Part shown: positions 7,632 to 15,760 of the stretch, in pieces | How the letters are laid out: each line of letters begins with the position of its first letter | How positions within the stretch are numbered: position 1 is the stretch's first letter | Assembly (NCBI GenBank): GCA_030537835.1 | Contig: JAUNVB010000001.1 | Coordinates: 41,437-65,436 of the forward strand | Direction of reading: 5' to 3' | Length of the DNA: 24,000 nucleotides | From: Andreesenia angusta | GTDB taxonomy: Bacteria; Bacillota; Clostridia; Tissierellales; Gottschalkiaceae | The notes under the pieces: model-generated | Told to the model about the DNA's origin: nothing | The model's input: only the letters and a program-made list of their open reading frames with translations | Databases searched by the model: none | Translations under genes and position numbers: made by a program

Positions 7632-8204
7632 TTGAAAAATACTTTGAGAAAAGAAATATTAGATAAGAGAAAAAAATTAGACTCTGAAAATTTAATTATC
7701 AAGAGTGATAAAATAAAAGATTCTATTATAGAGACAGATTTTTATAAAAACGCAAAAGTCATAATGGCTTATATAGACTTTAGAAATGAAGTCAAAACTG
7801 AAAATTTTATAAAAAAAGCTATTTCTGATGGTAAAAGGGTTGTAATTCCTATAAGTATCGTAGAGACTAGACAACTTTTATTATCAGAAATAATAGATTA
7901 CGATAGAGAACTCGACTCTGGAGCATACGGTATATTAGAACCCAAAAAAGAATATATTAGAGAAGTTGATCCTGATTTGGTCGATCTAGTGCTAGTTCCT
8001 GGTGTAGCCTTTGATAGAAGAGGATATAGGATTGGTTATGGTGCTGGATATTATGATAGATTCTTAGAAAAATTAAGAAACGAAACAAAAAAAATAGCCT
8101 TAGCCTTCGATTTACAAATTGTAGAACATGCATATGAAGATTCTCATGATTTTCCAGTTGAATATATTGTAACTGAGTCAGAAATCATAGAATGTAATAA
8201 ATAA
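7632..8204 (+). CDS. 5-formyltetrahydrofolate cyclo-ligase (MTHFS)
   Basis: Family motifs are present: LRKEILDKRKKL, VLVPGVAFDRRGYRIGYGAGYYDRFL and D..vd.i.TE. I prefer the TTG at 7632, 8 nt after AAGGAG, over the track GTG at 7623, which overlaps the SD. Both are in the same frame. Confidence 0.85.
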   Translation: MKNTLRKEILDKRKKLDSENLIIKSDKIKDSIIETDFYKNAKVIMAYIDFRNEVKTENFIKKAISDGKRVVIPISIVETRQLLLSEIIDYDRELDSGAYGILEPKKEYIREVDPDLVDLVLVPGVAFDRRGYRIGYGAGYYDRFLEKLRNETKKIALAFDLQIVEHAYEDSHDFPVEYIVTESEIIECNK

Positions 8205-8247
8205 AAAATGACGATATCTTTGTATTTAAAAGATATCGTCATTTTTT
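8204..8247. terminator. Bidirectional rho-independent terminator between the MTHFS gene (+) and transketolase (-)
   Basis: AAAAAATGACGATATCTT (8204-8220) pairs with AAGATATCGTCATTTTTT (8229-8246) around an 8-nt loop. A- and T-runs flank it on both sides. Confidence 0.8.
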
Positions 8248-8261
8248 ATTTATTTAAACTC

Positions 8262-9197
8262 TTATCTATTTAATATTTCTTTGGCCTTTTTAACAATACT
8301 TTCAGAAGTAAGTCCATACTTCTCTAATAATTGCTCCCCATTTCCTGATTCTCCAAAAGTATCTTCAGTTCCAACTCTCTTTATCATAGTAGGCTTTTTT
8401 TCTGATAAGGTCTCTGCAACTGCAGAACCAAGGCCGCCTATTATATTATGCTCTTCTGCGGTGACTATACCTTTAGTCTCTTCTGCTGCTTTTATAAGTA
8501 TTTCTTCATCAATAGGCTTTATAGTTGATATATTAATTACTCTAGCATTTATTCCTTCTTCTTTTAGCTTTTTAGATGCCTCAATTGCTTTAGATACCAT
8601 TACTCCAGTAGCAACTATAGATATATCATCACCATCTACTATCTGTTTTGCCTTTCCTATTTCAAATTCAAAATCTTCCTCTTTAAATATTGTCGGAACC
8701 TTACTTCTTCCAAGTCTTATATAAACAGGACCTTTAATTTCCGCTGCTTTTAAAATCGCTGCTTTAGCTTCAACCCCATCAGCGGGACAGATAACAGTCA
8801 TATTTGGTAATGTTCTCATAAGAGAAATATCTTCTAATGCTTGATGAGAAGCACCATCTTCCCCTACAGTCAAACCTGCATGTGTAGCTGCAATCTTTAC
8901 ATTCAGCTTAGGATAAGCTATTGAATTTCTTATTATCTCAAAAGCTCTTCCTGTAGCAAAAATTGCAAAAGAGCTAGCAAATGGAATCTTTCCAGTAGTA
9001 GCAATTCCTGCTGCTGTTCCCATTAGATTCTGTTCTGCTATACCAACATTGATAAATCTTTCAGGATATAATTCTGCAAATACACCAGTTTTCGTAGATG
9101 AAGATAGATCCGCATCTAAAACCACTATATTTTCATTTTCCGCACCTAATATCTTTAAAGCTTCACCATATGCATCTCTTGTAGCTATATCTGCCAT
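8262..9197 (-). CDS. Transketolase, C-terminal (pyrimidine-binding) subunit
   Basis: 311 aa with transketolase pyrimidine-binding and C-terminal domain sequence (GIAEQNLMGTAAG, HAGLTVGEDGASHQALEDI). Its ATG overlaps the stop of the upstream subunit (ATAATG), the arrangement typical of split transketolases in Clostridia. Confidence 0.95.
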   Translation of the reverse strand: MADIATRDAYGEALKILGAENENIVVLDADLSSSTKTGVFAELYPERFINVGIAEQNLMGTAAGIATTGKIPFASSFAIFATGRAFEIIRNSIAYPKLNVKIAATHAGLTVGEDGASHQALEDISLMRTLPNMTVICPADGVEAKAAILKAAEIKGPVYIRLGRSKVPTIFKEEDFEFEIGKAKQIVDGDDISIVATGVMVSKAIEASKKLKEEGINARVINISTIKPIDEEILIKAAEETKGIVTAEEHNIIGGLGSAVAETLSEKKPTMIKRVGTEDTFGESGNGEQLLEKYGLTSESIVKKAKEILNR

Positions 9198-10030
9198 TAT
9201 TCAGCACCTCCCATTCTTGATTCAATCTCTTTTATAGCTTTATCTCTTTCTTCAATGCTAGGAGCCTTACCATGCCACGAACAAATATCTTCCATGAAAG
9301 ATACTCCCTTTCCTTTAATCGTCTTAGCTATAATCATACTAGGCTTTCCTTTAGTCTCTCTAGCCTTTCTTAGTGCTTCTCTAATCTCTTCAATTGAATG
9401 CCCATCAATCTTCATAACATTCCATCCAAAAGCTTCAAACTTCTCATCTATAGGTTGTATATTCATAATCTTATCGTTTCTTCCATCAATTTGTAATCCA
9501 TTATTATCTAAAAACGCTACAAGATTATCTAATTTGTACTGACCTGCAAACATAGCCGCTTCCCAGACAATTCCTTCTTGTACTTCACCGTCTCCTAATA
9601 ATGTATAAACTCTATAATCTTTATTAAATATTTTTCCTGACTTAGCTATCCCGCAGGCAGCAGATATGCCTTGTCCTAATGACCCTGTTGACATATCAAC
9701 TCCAGGAGTTCCTTTCATATCCGGATGTCCCTGCAACATAGAATCTATCTTTCTTAATTTATTTAACTCTTTTTTATCAAAGTAATTCTTTTCTGCTAAT
9801 GCTGAATACAGAACAGGCGCTGCATGCCCTTTAGACAGTATAAATCTGTCCCTATTTTCATCTTCTGGATTTTTAGGGTCTATATTCATTTCATCAAAAT
9901 AGAGAACAGATAAAATTTCACAAGCTGATAGTGAACCTCCAGGATGACCTGATTTTGATTCAGTAAGCATGTTTAATATATCTATTCTCAATTTATTAGC
10001 TATATTTTCTAATTCTTGATTACTTTTCAT
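9197..10030 (-). CDS. Transketolase, N-terminal (thiamine-diphosphate-binding) subunit
   Basis: 277 aa with the ThDP-binding signature GHPGGSLS...SKGHAAP...LLGDGEVQEGIVWEA. Confidence 0.95.
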   Translation of the reverse strand: MKSNQELENIANKLRIDILNMLTESKSGHPGGSLSACEILSVLYFDEMNIDPKNPEDENRDRFILSKGHAAPVLYSALAEKNYFDKKELNKLRKIDSMLQGHPDMKGTPGVDMSTGSLGQGISAACGIAKSGKIFNKDYRVYTLLGDGEVQEGIVWEAAMFAGQYKLDNLVAFLDNNGLQIDGRNDKIMNIQPIDEKFEAFGWNVMKIDGHSIEEIREALRKARETKGKPSMIIAKTIKGKGVSFMEDICSWHGKAPSIEERDKAIKEIESRMGGAE

Positions 10031-10050
10031 TATATAACCTCCTCAAATAT

Positions 10051-10806
10051 TTATTTTACACTCTCTTTATCAGATAGAATAGTTAAGAGAAAAATAGGCA
10101 GTTTTATCTGTCTTTTTATCCTCTTTGGCTCTTTTATTAATCTATATAGCCATTCTAAGCCAAATTTCTGAAAAAAATCTGGTGCCCTTTTAACTTTTTC
10201 AGCAATGACATCCATAGTTCCCCCATTGCCTATAGCAACCTTTGCCTTAATTCTATCTCTATTATGGTAGAGCCAAAACTCTTGCTTTGGTGCTCCTAAA
10301 CCAACGAATAATATATCAGTATCTAAGTTATTTATCTCTTCAATTATCGCTTCTTCCTCTGGATGATTCTCTATTCCTAAATGATATCCTTTAAAAAATC
10401 CATTATGAGTTCCAACTATATTTATATTTTTATACTTTTCTTCTACTTTTCTCTTCGCTTCTTCAGCTACACCTTCTGCACATCCAAGAAAATAGACATT
10501 ATAAGATTCTTCAGCTGCAATATCTAAAATTTCTAAGGAAAGATCATATCCTGTAACTCTTTCTTCTAAAGGTTTTTTTCTAATTTTAGAAGCATAGACA
10601 AGTCCTATTCCATCAGCAATTACCATATCTCCATTATTTAATATATTTTTGAACTCTGGATCTTTCTTCGCATCCATTATTATTTCCGAATTAGGTGTAA
10701 AAATAAGCTTTAAATCTTCATCATTTAAAAAATCTCTAACCTTATCTTTCGCATCTCTTAAATTCAAATTATCAATATCTACACCTAATATATTTACCGT
10801 ATTCAT
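10051..10806 (-). CDS. tagA: WecB/TagA/CpsF-family glycosyltransferase (probable UDP-ManNAc:GlcNAc-PP-undecaprenol ManNAc transferase)
   Basis: 251 aa. The N-terminus ILGVDIDNLNLRDAKDKV and the core FVGLGAPKQEFW...GGTMDV...RAP..F...GLEWLYRL are characteristic of the family. Confidence 0.85.
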   Translation of the reverse strand: MNTVNILGVDIDNLNLRDAKDKVRDFLNDEDLKLIFTPNSEIIMDAKKDPEFKNILNNGDMVIADGIGLVYASKIRKKPLEERVTGYDLSLEILDIAAEESYNVYFLGCAEGVAEEAKRKVEEKYKNINIVGTHNGFFKGYHLGIENHPEEEAIIEEINNLDTDILFVGLGAPKQEFWLYHNRDRIKAKVAIGNGGTMDVIAEKVKRAPDFFQKFGLEWLYRLIKEPKRIKRQIKLPIFLLTILSDKESVK

Positions 10807-10815
10807 TCAATTCAC

Positions 10816-11907
10816 CTATTCCAAAAGTTTTTTTATTTCATTAGTATTCCTAGAGAGTTTCGCTCTTAGATAATCTATCCTCTCAGATAACTCATCCTCT
10901 TCTTCATTTTCTCGCTTTAATTTATAAAGTATCTCTTTATATAGTTTATCAAAATTTATCTCATCAATATCAGAGAAAACTTTCTCTGATATATATCCTA
11001 AATAATTATTTATCTTAGGATCGTATGATAATGCAATTATCGGTACTTTCATAACAGAACTAAATATAAGAGAATGTAGTCTTTCTCCAACTATTAAATC
11101 CATATTCCCTATTATACTTAAAAGCTCCGGAATTGAATATTCATCATGTAAACAAATGACCTTTTCTCTTGTATTAGCTTCAATTTCTCTTAATATGCCA
11201 AGGTCTTGACCATGATGAAAAGGTATGAACACAACATTTAATCCACCTTCTAATACTAATCTATCTGATAATTTAGTCAGTTTCTCTATAAACTCTTTGC
11301 TTTTTGCTTTTCCTCTAATTACAAAACCAATATTTTTTCGAGCTCCAAAATCTAAATTTTCTCCTATTAAGATGCTTTTTCCTATATCTAAATTCTCTTG
11401 ACTAAGTGCTAAAACTGGATCTGCCGTAACGAATACATTTGGATTTTTCAGCTCAATTTCTTTCAAGAATCTCTCTGATCTACTATCCCTTAAAGTTATA
11501 ATATCTATCTTTTCTAATACTCTTTTTGTGAGTTTTTTATTGAACTCACTCCTAATAGGACCCATTCCTTGACTGTATATCATTACTTTTTTCTTCATAA
11601 TTATACCTATATACATAATGAATAGATAATAGAGAACATTCCTCTTGCTAGTGACATCTTGGAGCAAAGATCCTCCTCCGCTTATCAAGAGATCTGATTT
11701 TCTTATAGACTTTATTATTTTAAAAATATTCTTTCTATAAACAGCTTTTATATTATGGTTTTTTTCTGTAATCTCAGGATTCTCTGATAATACTGTTATA
11801 TCTATATCTGGTATATTTTTTCTTAGATCTGTTATGATCGCAGTCAATATGGACTCATCTCCCATATTATTAAATCCATAATATCCAGATATAACTACTT
11901 TGCTCAT
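10816..11907 (-). CDS. csaB: Polysaccharide pyruvyl transferase CsaB
   Basis: 363 aa. The N-terminus ISGYYGFNNMGDESILTAI, the segment GGGSLLQDVTS and the tail ERLHSLIF match the CsaB-type pyruvyl transferase pattern. It lies directly upstream of the tagA-like gene. Confidence 0.85.
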   Translation of the reverse strand: MSKVVISGYYGFNNMGDESILTAIITDLRKNIPDIDITVLSENPEITEKNHNIKAVYRKNIFKIIKSIRKSDLLISGGGSLLQDVTSKRNVLYYLFIMYIGIIMKKKVMIYSQGMGPIRSEFNKKLTKRVLEKIDIITLRDSRSERFLKEIELKNPNVFVTADPVLALSQENLDIGKSILIGENLDFGARKNIGFVIRGKAKSKEFIEKLTKLSDRLVLEGGLNVVFIPFHHGQDLGILREIEANTREKVICLHDEYSIPELLSIIGNMDLIVGERLHSLIFSSVMKVPIIALSYDPKINNYLGYISEKVFSDIDEINFDKLYKEILYKLKRENEEEDELSERIDYLRAKLSRNTNEIKKLLE

Positions 11908-11959
11908 CTTATTTTACTCCCAACCATCTTTCTAACTATAAAGTTTAATATATAAAGTA

Positions 11960-14047
11960 TTATATTGCTCCTAAAACTATTCCTAATATTATAGAGCCTC
12001 CAGTCCTATTCAACGATACTATAAAAGGCGTCTTGAAATGACTAAAAGTATTGAGAATAGATGTAAGACCTATAACTCCCGCAAGTCCTGATATGAATAC
12101 TCCTGGCTTAAATTTATTTTTAGCAAATACAACTCCCATTATTAATGCAGGAAATGCAATTAGAAATTCTTTAGTTCTCGGTCTTGCATAGAATGTTCTT
12201 TCTAGAAAATTTCTAAACATAAGTTCTATATTTGAAGGCTCTAGAGAAGTTTCATGTCCCGTTCTAGCAATATATATATATCCTACTATCCCTAATATTC
12301 CTAAAGCTATAAAGTAGAATATTTTCGTTGTATCATTCATAAGATTATAGAAATCTTCTGATTTAAACTTATCATTGCCTCTTTCCTTATCTTCTTTAAA
12401 TCCGAATACACCAATATATGATATTAGATATACTATAAAAGGTATTAATTGTACTATTTTTACACCTTTAAAATAGTCTATATCTAGAACATTTCTTGTG
12501 CTCGACATAATAGCCGATATTATCAATGAGCCTATTAAGGTAATTCCTATAGTAATTATAAAATGAATTACCCCTCTTATAAGTGAACTCTTATAGCTTA
12601 TATCGTCATCGTATAGAAATACTTTCTTAAGTCTTGAATTATAATATACTATAGCTAGTGATGGGAATACTATTCCTGTCAATATTGCCAATATCATATA
12701 ACCAGTTCTTCCTAATAATGCTATAATTCCTACTAGACCAATTATTCCTATAATCGACAATAGGAATAAGGATTCATCTTTCATATCGAATAGATTTCTC
12801 AATACAAAAATACCTGCTGCAACTACTCCTAAGCTTAAAATTGCTACTAATATCTTCTTAGTATAGTTGATTTCATAAGGTTTGGCTTCACCTATCTCTA
12901 CATCATGCTTAGCTAATCTTTCACTGAGATCTTCAAACATATTTTCATAATCACTTAATTTTTCAACATAGTGATTTTCTTCATCTATAAAGGGTCTGAA
13001 ATAGATTAAATTAGCATTTCTCTCAATAATTGCTCTAAATAGCACATTGCCAACTTCTTCTGCTCCCTCATAATCCATATATTTATATCTCTTCTGTATA
13101 TAATCAGGCACACTATAGACTTTATTCACATTATATTCTATTTTATCTAATAGTTTTTCCATACCTTTTTGTTCAATATAACTTCTCTCGACTATGGTTT
13201 CCACAATTCCAACCGATAAGTCATTTTTCTTTAAAAATTTAATCGTATCATCTATTCTTTTAGGATTTCCAAAAACTTCTCTTCCTGCAAAGACCATATA
13301 TGGTGATTTATTTTCAATTTTTTCAAAATCATTTATAGCAGAATCAAAATACTCCTTACTATTCCACCCTTTATTTGCATTAGTTAGTCTAGGCATGACT
13401 TTAAGCCCAAGTTTATCGATCGTACTAACTTTCTCGTCATCTATTCCAATAGGTAGTATTATTCCTGATGAGGCCTTATAATTCTCTTCATTTACTACTA
13501 CATCTCCTTCAGAATTATATAATTTCCCTTGCCCATCAGTAAGTGCATCTTTCATATCAGTATCTATTAAAATAAAATAATTACTTATACCTTTAAAGAA
13601 ATGGACTTTATCCTTATATTTTTCCTCTAATCCTTTTGATGCAAATTCAAAATCTTTGCTATCTCCAAATCTCACTAATAATTTATAGTCTGAATTCTCT
13701 TTAGAATCAATATGATTAACTAATTCTATAGGATATTCCCATCTCCAACTATCTTTTTTCACAATATCCTTAATGAATTCATAGTCAATATCTTTTCCAT
13801 CCTTTATCATGCTTTGAATCGTTTCATAATTGATTCCTACTGTACTAACTCCCATCTTCTTAAATTTTTCCAACCAGTCTTCTATGGGTTTTCCTGATTG
13901 TTTTGCTAAATCTTCCACTTGATAATAATCTAATATAAAATCAACTTTCTTATTAGATTTTTCAACTGTCACTCTTTTAAATACAAGTGGTATAGAAACT
14001 ATAATCGATATTAAGATAAGTATAGATAAGTATTTTTTAAGCTTCAA
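11960..14047 (-). CDS. Large polytopic membrane protein, probably DUF5693 family, function unknown
   Basis: 695 aa with one N-terminal TM helix. A soluble, presumably extracytoplasmic, region of about 380 aa follows, then about 9-10 hydrophobic helices (residues ~400-695). TTG start 5 nt after AAAGGAGGAG. The family name is from memory of similar csaB-adjacent genes and is not verified. Confidence 0.7.
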   Translation of the reverse strand: MKLKKYLSILILISIIVSIPLVFKRVTVEKSNKKVDFILDYYQVEDLAKQSGKPIEDWLEKFKKMGVSTVGINYETIQSMIKDGKDIDYEFIKDIVKKDSWRWEYPIELVNHIDSKENSDYKLLVRFGDSKDFEFASKGLEEKYKDKVHFFKGISNYFILIDTDMKDALTDGQGKLYNSEGDVVVNEENYKASSGIILPIGIDDEKVSTIDKLGLKVMPRLTNANKGWNSKEYFDSAINDFEKIENKSPYMVFAGREVFGNPKRIDDTIKFLKKNDLSVGIVETIVERSYIEQKGMEKLLDKIEYNVNKVYSVPDYIQKRYKYMDYEGAEEVGNVLFRAIIERNANLIYFRPFIDEENHYVEKLSDYENMFEDLSERLAKHDVEIGEAKPYEINYTKKILVAILSLGVVAAGIFVLRNLFDMKDESLFLLSIIGIIGLVGIIALLGRTGYMILAILTGIVFPSLAIVYYNSRLKKVFLYDDDISYKSSLIRGVIHFIITIGITLIGSLIISAIMSSTRNVLDIDYFKGVKIVQLIPFIVYLISYIGVFGFKEDKERGNDKFKSEDFYNLMNDTTKIFYFIALGILGIVGYIYIARTGHETSLEPSNIELMFRNFLERTFYARPRTKEFLIAFPALIMGVVFAKNKFKPGVFISGLAGVIGLTSILNTFSHFKTPFIVSLNRTGGSIILGIVLGAI

Positions 14048-14080
14048 AATTTCTCCTCCTTTTCACTATACTCCTTATCT

Positions 14081-14100
14081 ATTCTATCATATTTCTATCA
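14081..14100 (-). promoter_or_regulatory. Candidate extended -10 promoter with an 11-nt-spaced direct repeat TGATAGAA upstream of the DUF5693-like gene
   Basis: The minus strand reads GTGATAGAAATATGATAGAAT. The proximal copy gives TG-N-TAGAAT about 30 nt upstream of the TTG start. No convincing -35 is seen. Confidence 0.35.
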
Positions 14101-14111
14101 CTTTTTGTTTC

Positions 14112-14151
14112 GTTTTAAAAAACAAAAGGATGGCATATATGCCATCCTTTT
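14112..14151 (-). terminator. Rho-independent terminator of mazF
   Basis: A perfect 28-nt palindrome AAAAGGATGGCATATATGCCATCCTTTT (14124-14151) overlaps the mazF TAA. On the minus strand it is followed by TTGTTTTTT. Confidence 0.85.
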
Positions 14152-14491
14152 AAGATATTCCTAAACTTGTTTTTAAAGCTGAATCAATTTCTTTCATAAC
14201 ATCATCATCGAAACGTCCAATTTTTTCTTTTAAACGTTTTTTATCTATGGTTCTAACTTGCTCTAATAATACCACAGAGTCCTTAGTCAATCCGTATCTA
14301 TGCGCTTGAATTTCTATATGCGTAGGAAGTTTAGCCTTGTTTATCTGTGAAGTTATTGCTGCAATTATAATAGTTGGACTATATCTATTCCCAATATCAT
14401 TTTGAATTACAATTACAGGTCTAACTCCTCCTTGCTCTGAACCTATTACAGGACTCAGATCTGCATAATATAAATCTCCTCTTCTCACCAT
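14150..14491 (-). CDS. mazF: Type II toxin MazF/EndoA (PemK-family mRNA interferase)
   Basis: The 113-aa translation [61 protein letters not shown]... is nearly collinear with Bacillus subtilis EndoA/NdoA as I recall it. That includes the GGVRP and AAIT catalytic regions. It sits in the conserved position downstream of alr. Confidence 0.93.
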   Translation of the reverse strand: MVRRGDLYYADLSPVIGSEQGGVRPVIVIQNDIGNRYSPTIIIAAITSQINKAKLPTHIEIQAHRYGLTKDSVVLLEQVRTIDKKRLKEKIGRFDDDVMKEIDSALKTSLGIS

Positions 14492-14565
14492 ATATCTACA
14501 CAGCCTATATTGTCTTTAAGTGCTTTTATATAATTATTTATGTAAAACTTTCTAAACTCTAACAC
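14485..14565 (-). CDS. Hypothetical 26-codon ORF ([26 protein letters not shown]) translationally coupled to mazF
   Basis: GTG at 14565-14563 lies 7 nt after a strong GGAGG (14577-14573). The ORF ends in a TGA that overlaps the mazF start (ATATGGTGA). mazF has no SD of its own. I see no similarity to MazE/EndoAI. It was found by hand and is below the ORF-track length cutoff. Confidence 0.35.
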   Translation of the reverse strand: MLEFRKFYINNYIKALKDNIGCVDIW

Positions 14566-14601
14566 TCAATCACCTCCACATTATTCTGTGGACATTTCGA
14601 T

Positions 14602-15759
14602 TTAAAGTAAATAATCTATAGTTTTCAATTTCTTTTTATTCTTTAAAAATATTCTAGGTATTCTCCTTCCAATTAAACATATTATTTCATAATTTATTGT
14701 CCCCATAGCTAATGCTAAATCATCTGCAGAATTAATGCCTTCACCTTCACCGAAGACGATTATCTCATCCCCAATCTTAATATTCGGATTTTCTGTACAA
14801 TCTATAAATGATTGATCCATACATATATTCCCTATTAAGTTAAATTTAAATTTCTTATAATTAACAGAGATTTTTTCAGATAGTAATCTAGAAAAGCCAT
14901 CTGCATATCCTATAGGCATTGTAGCGACAACCATATCTCTATTTGCTCTGTACTTGCGACTATATCCAATAGTCTCTCCTTCTAATACTGTCTTAATATT
15001 AGAGATTCTTGTCTTTAGGGTCATGACCTTTTTTAGTTTTATCTTTTCTCTACTCACTTCATCAGAAGGATAATATCCATAGAGCATTATACCAGGTCTG
15101 ACTAAATCCATATTGAATTCAGGTATATCTATAATAGCTGCACTATTAGATATATGGCTATTCTTTATATCTATTCCCCTATTCTTTAATTCTTCTAAAA
15201 ATATATTAAATTTATTATATTGCTCTTTAGCAAAGCTCTTATCTTTAGAATCAGCAGATGCAAGATGTGTAAATACTCCATCTATTTCAATATTATCTAT
15301 ATTATATATACTTTCTATATCATCTAAATTCGATGTATTCAATTGAAATCCCAATCTATTCATACCAGTTTCCACTTTTATATGAGCTCTTGCTATGGTA
15401 TTCATACCTTTAGCAATTCTAGAAATCTGATCTGCAAATTCTCTCCCGTATATAGTCAGTATTATATCGTATTTAAGTGCTTCAACAATATGTCCTTCAG
15501 GAGTATAGCCTAATACTAAGATATCTTCCTTTATTCCATTTTCTCTAAGTTCTATAGCCTCATAAATAGATGAAACTGCAAAGAAATCAACACCATCATC
15601 TCTTAATTGTTTAGCAATCTGAACTGATCCATGACCGTAAGCATTTGCTTTAACTACGGCAAGTATCCTGGTATCAGGCTTTATTGCTGATTTTATCTGA
15701 TTTAAATTATGGCTTAAATTATCTAAGTCTATTTCAGCCCATGTAGTTCTATAATCCAT
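14602..15759 (-). CDS. alr: Alanine racemase
   Basis: PLP-Lys motif VVKANAYGHG, plus the N-terminus RTTWAEIDL and the catalytic Tyr region. I prefer the ATG at 15759, 8 nt after GAGGA. The track start is a TTG at 15774 in the same frame, which would overlap the upstream gene by 14 nt. Confidence 0.95.
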   Translation of the reverse strand: MDYRTTWAEIDLDNLSHNLNQIKSAIKPDTRILAVVKANAYGHGSVQIAKQLRDDGVDFFAVSSIYEAIELRENGIKEDILVLGYTPEGHIVEALKYDIILTIYGREFADQISRIAKGMNTIARAHIKVETGMNRLGFQLNTSNLDDIESIYNIDNIEIDGVFTHLASADSKDKSFAKEQYNKFNIFLEELKNRGIDIKNSHISNSAAIIDIPEFNMDLVRPGIMLYGYYPSDEVSREKIKLKKVMTLKTRISNIKTVLEGETIGYSRKYRANRDMVVATMPIGYADGFSRLLSEKISVNYKKFKFNLIGNICMDQSFIDCTENPNIKIGDEIIVFGEGEGINSADDLALAMGTINYEIICLIGRRIPRIFLKNKKKLKTIDYLL

Positions 15760-15760
15760 A

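Noticed and set aside
14492-14601. Other tiny ORFs in the alr-mazF gap (ATG TCC ACA GAA TAA; TTG AGT GTT AGA GTT TAG) as antitoxin candidates.
   Set aside because: They are only 4-5 codons long. Their spacing to the GGAGG is wrong (3 nt for the TTG), or they lie upstream of it. Only the GTG-initiated 26-codon frame has proper SD spacing and couples to mazF.
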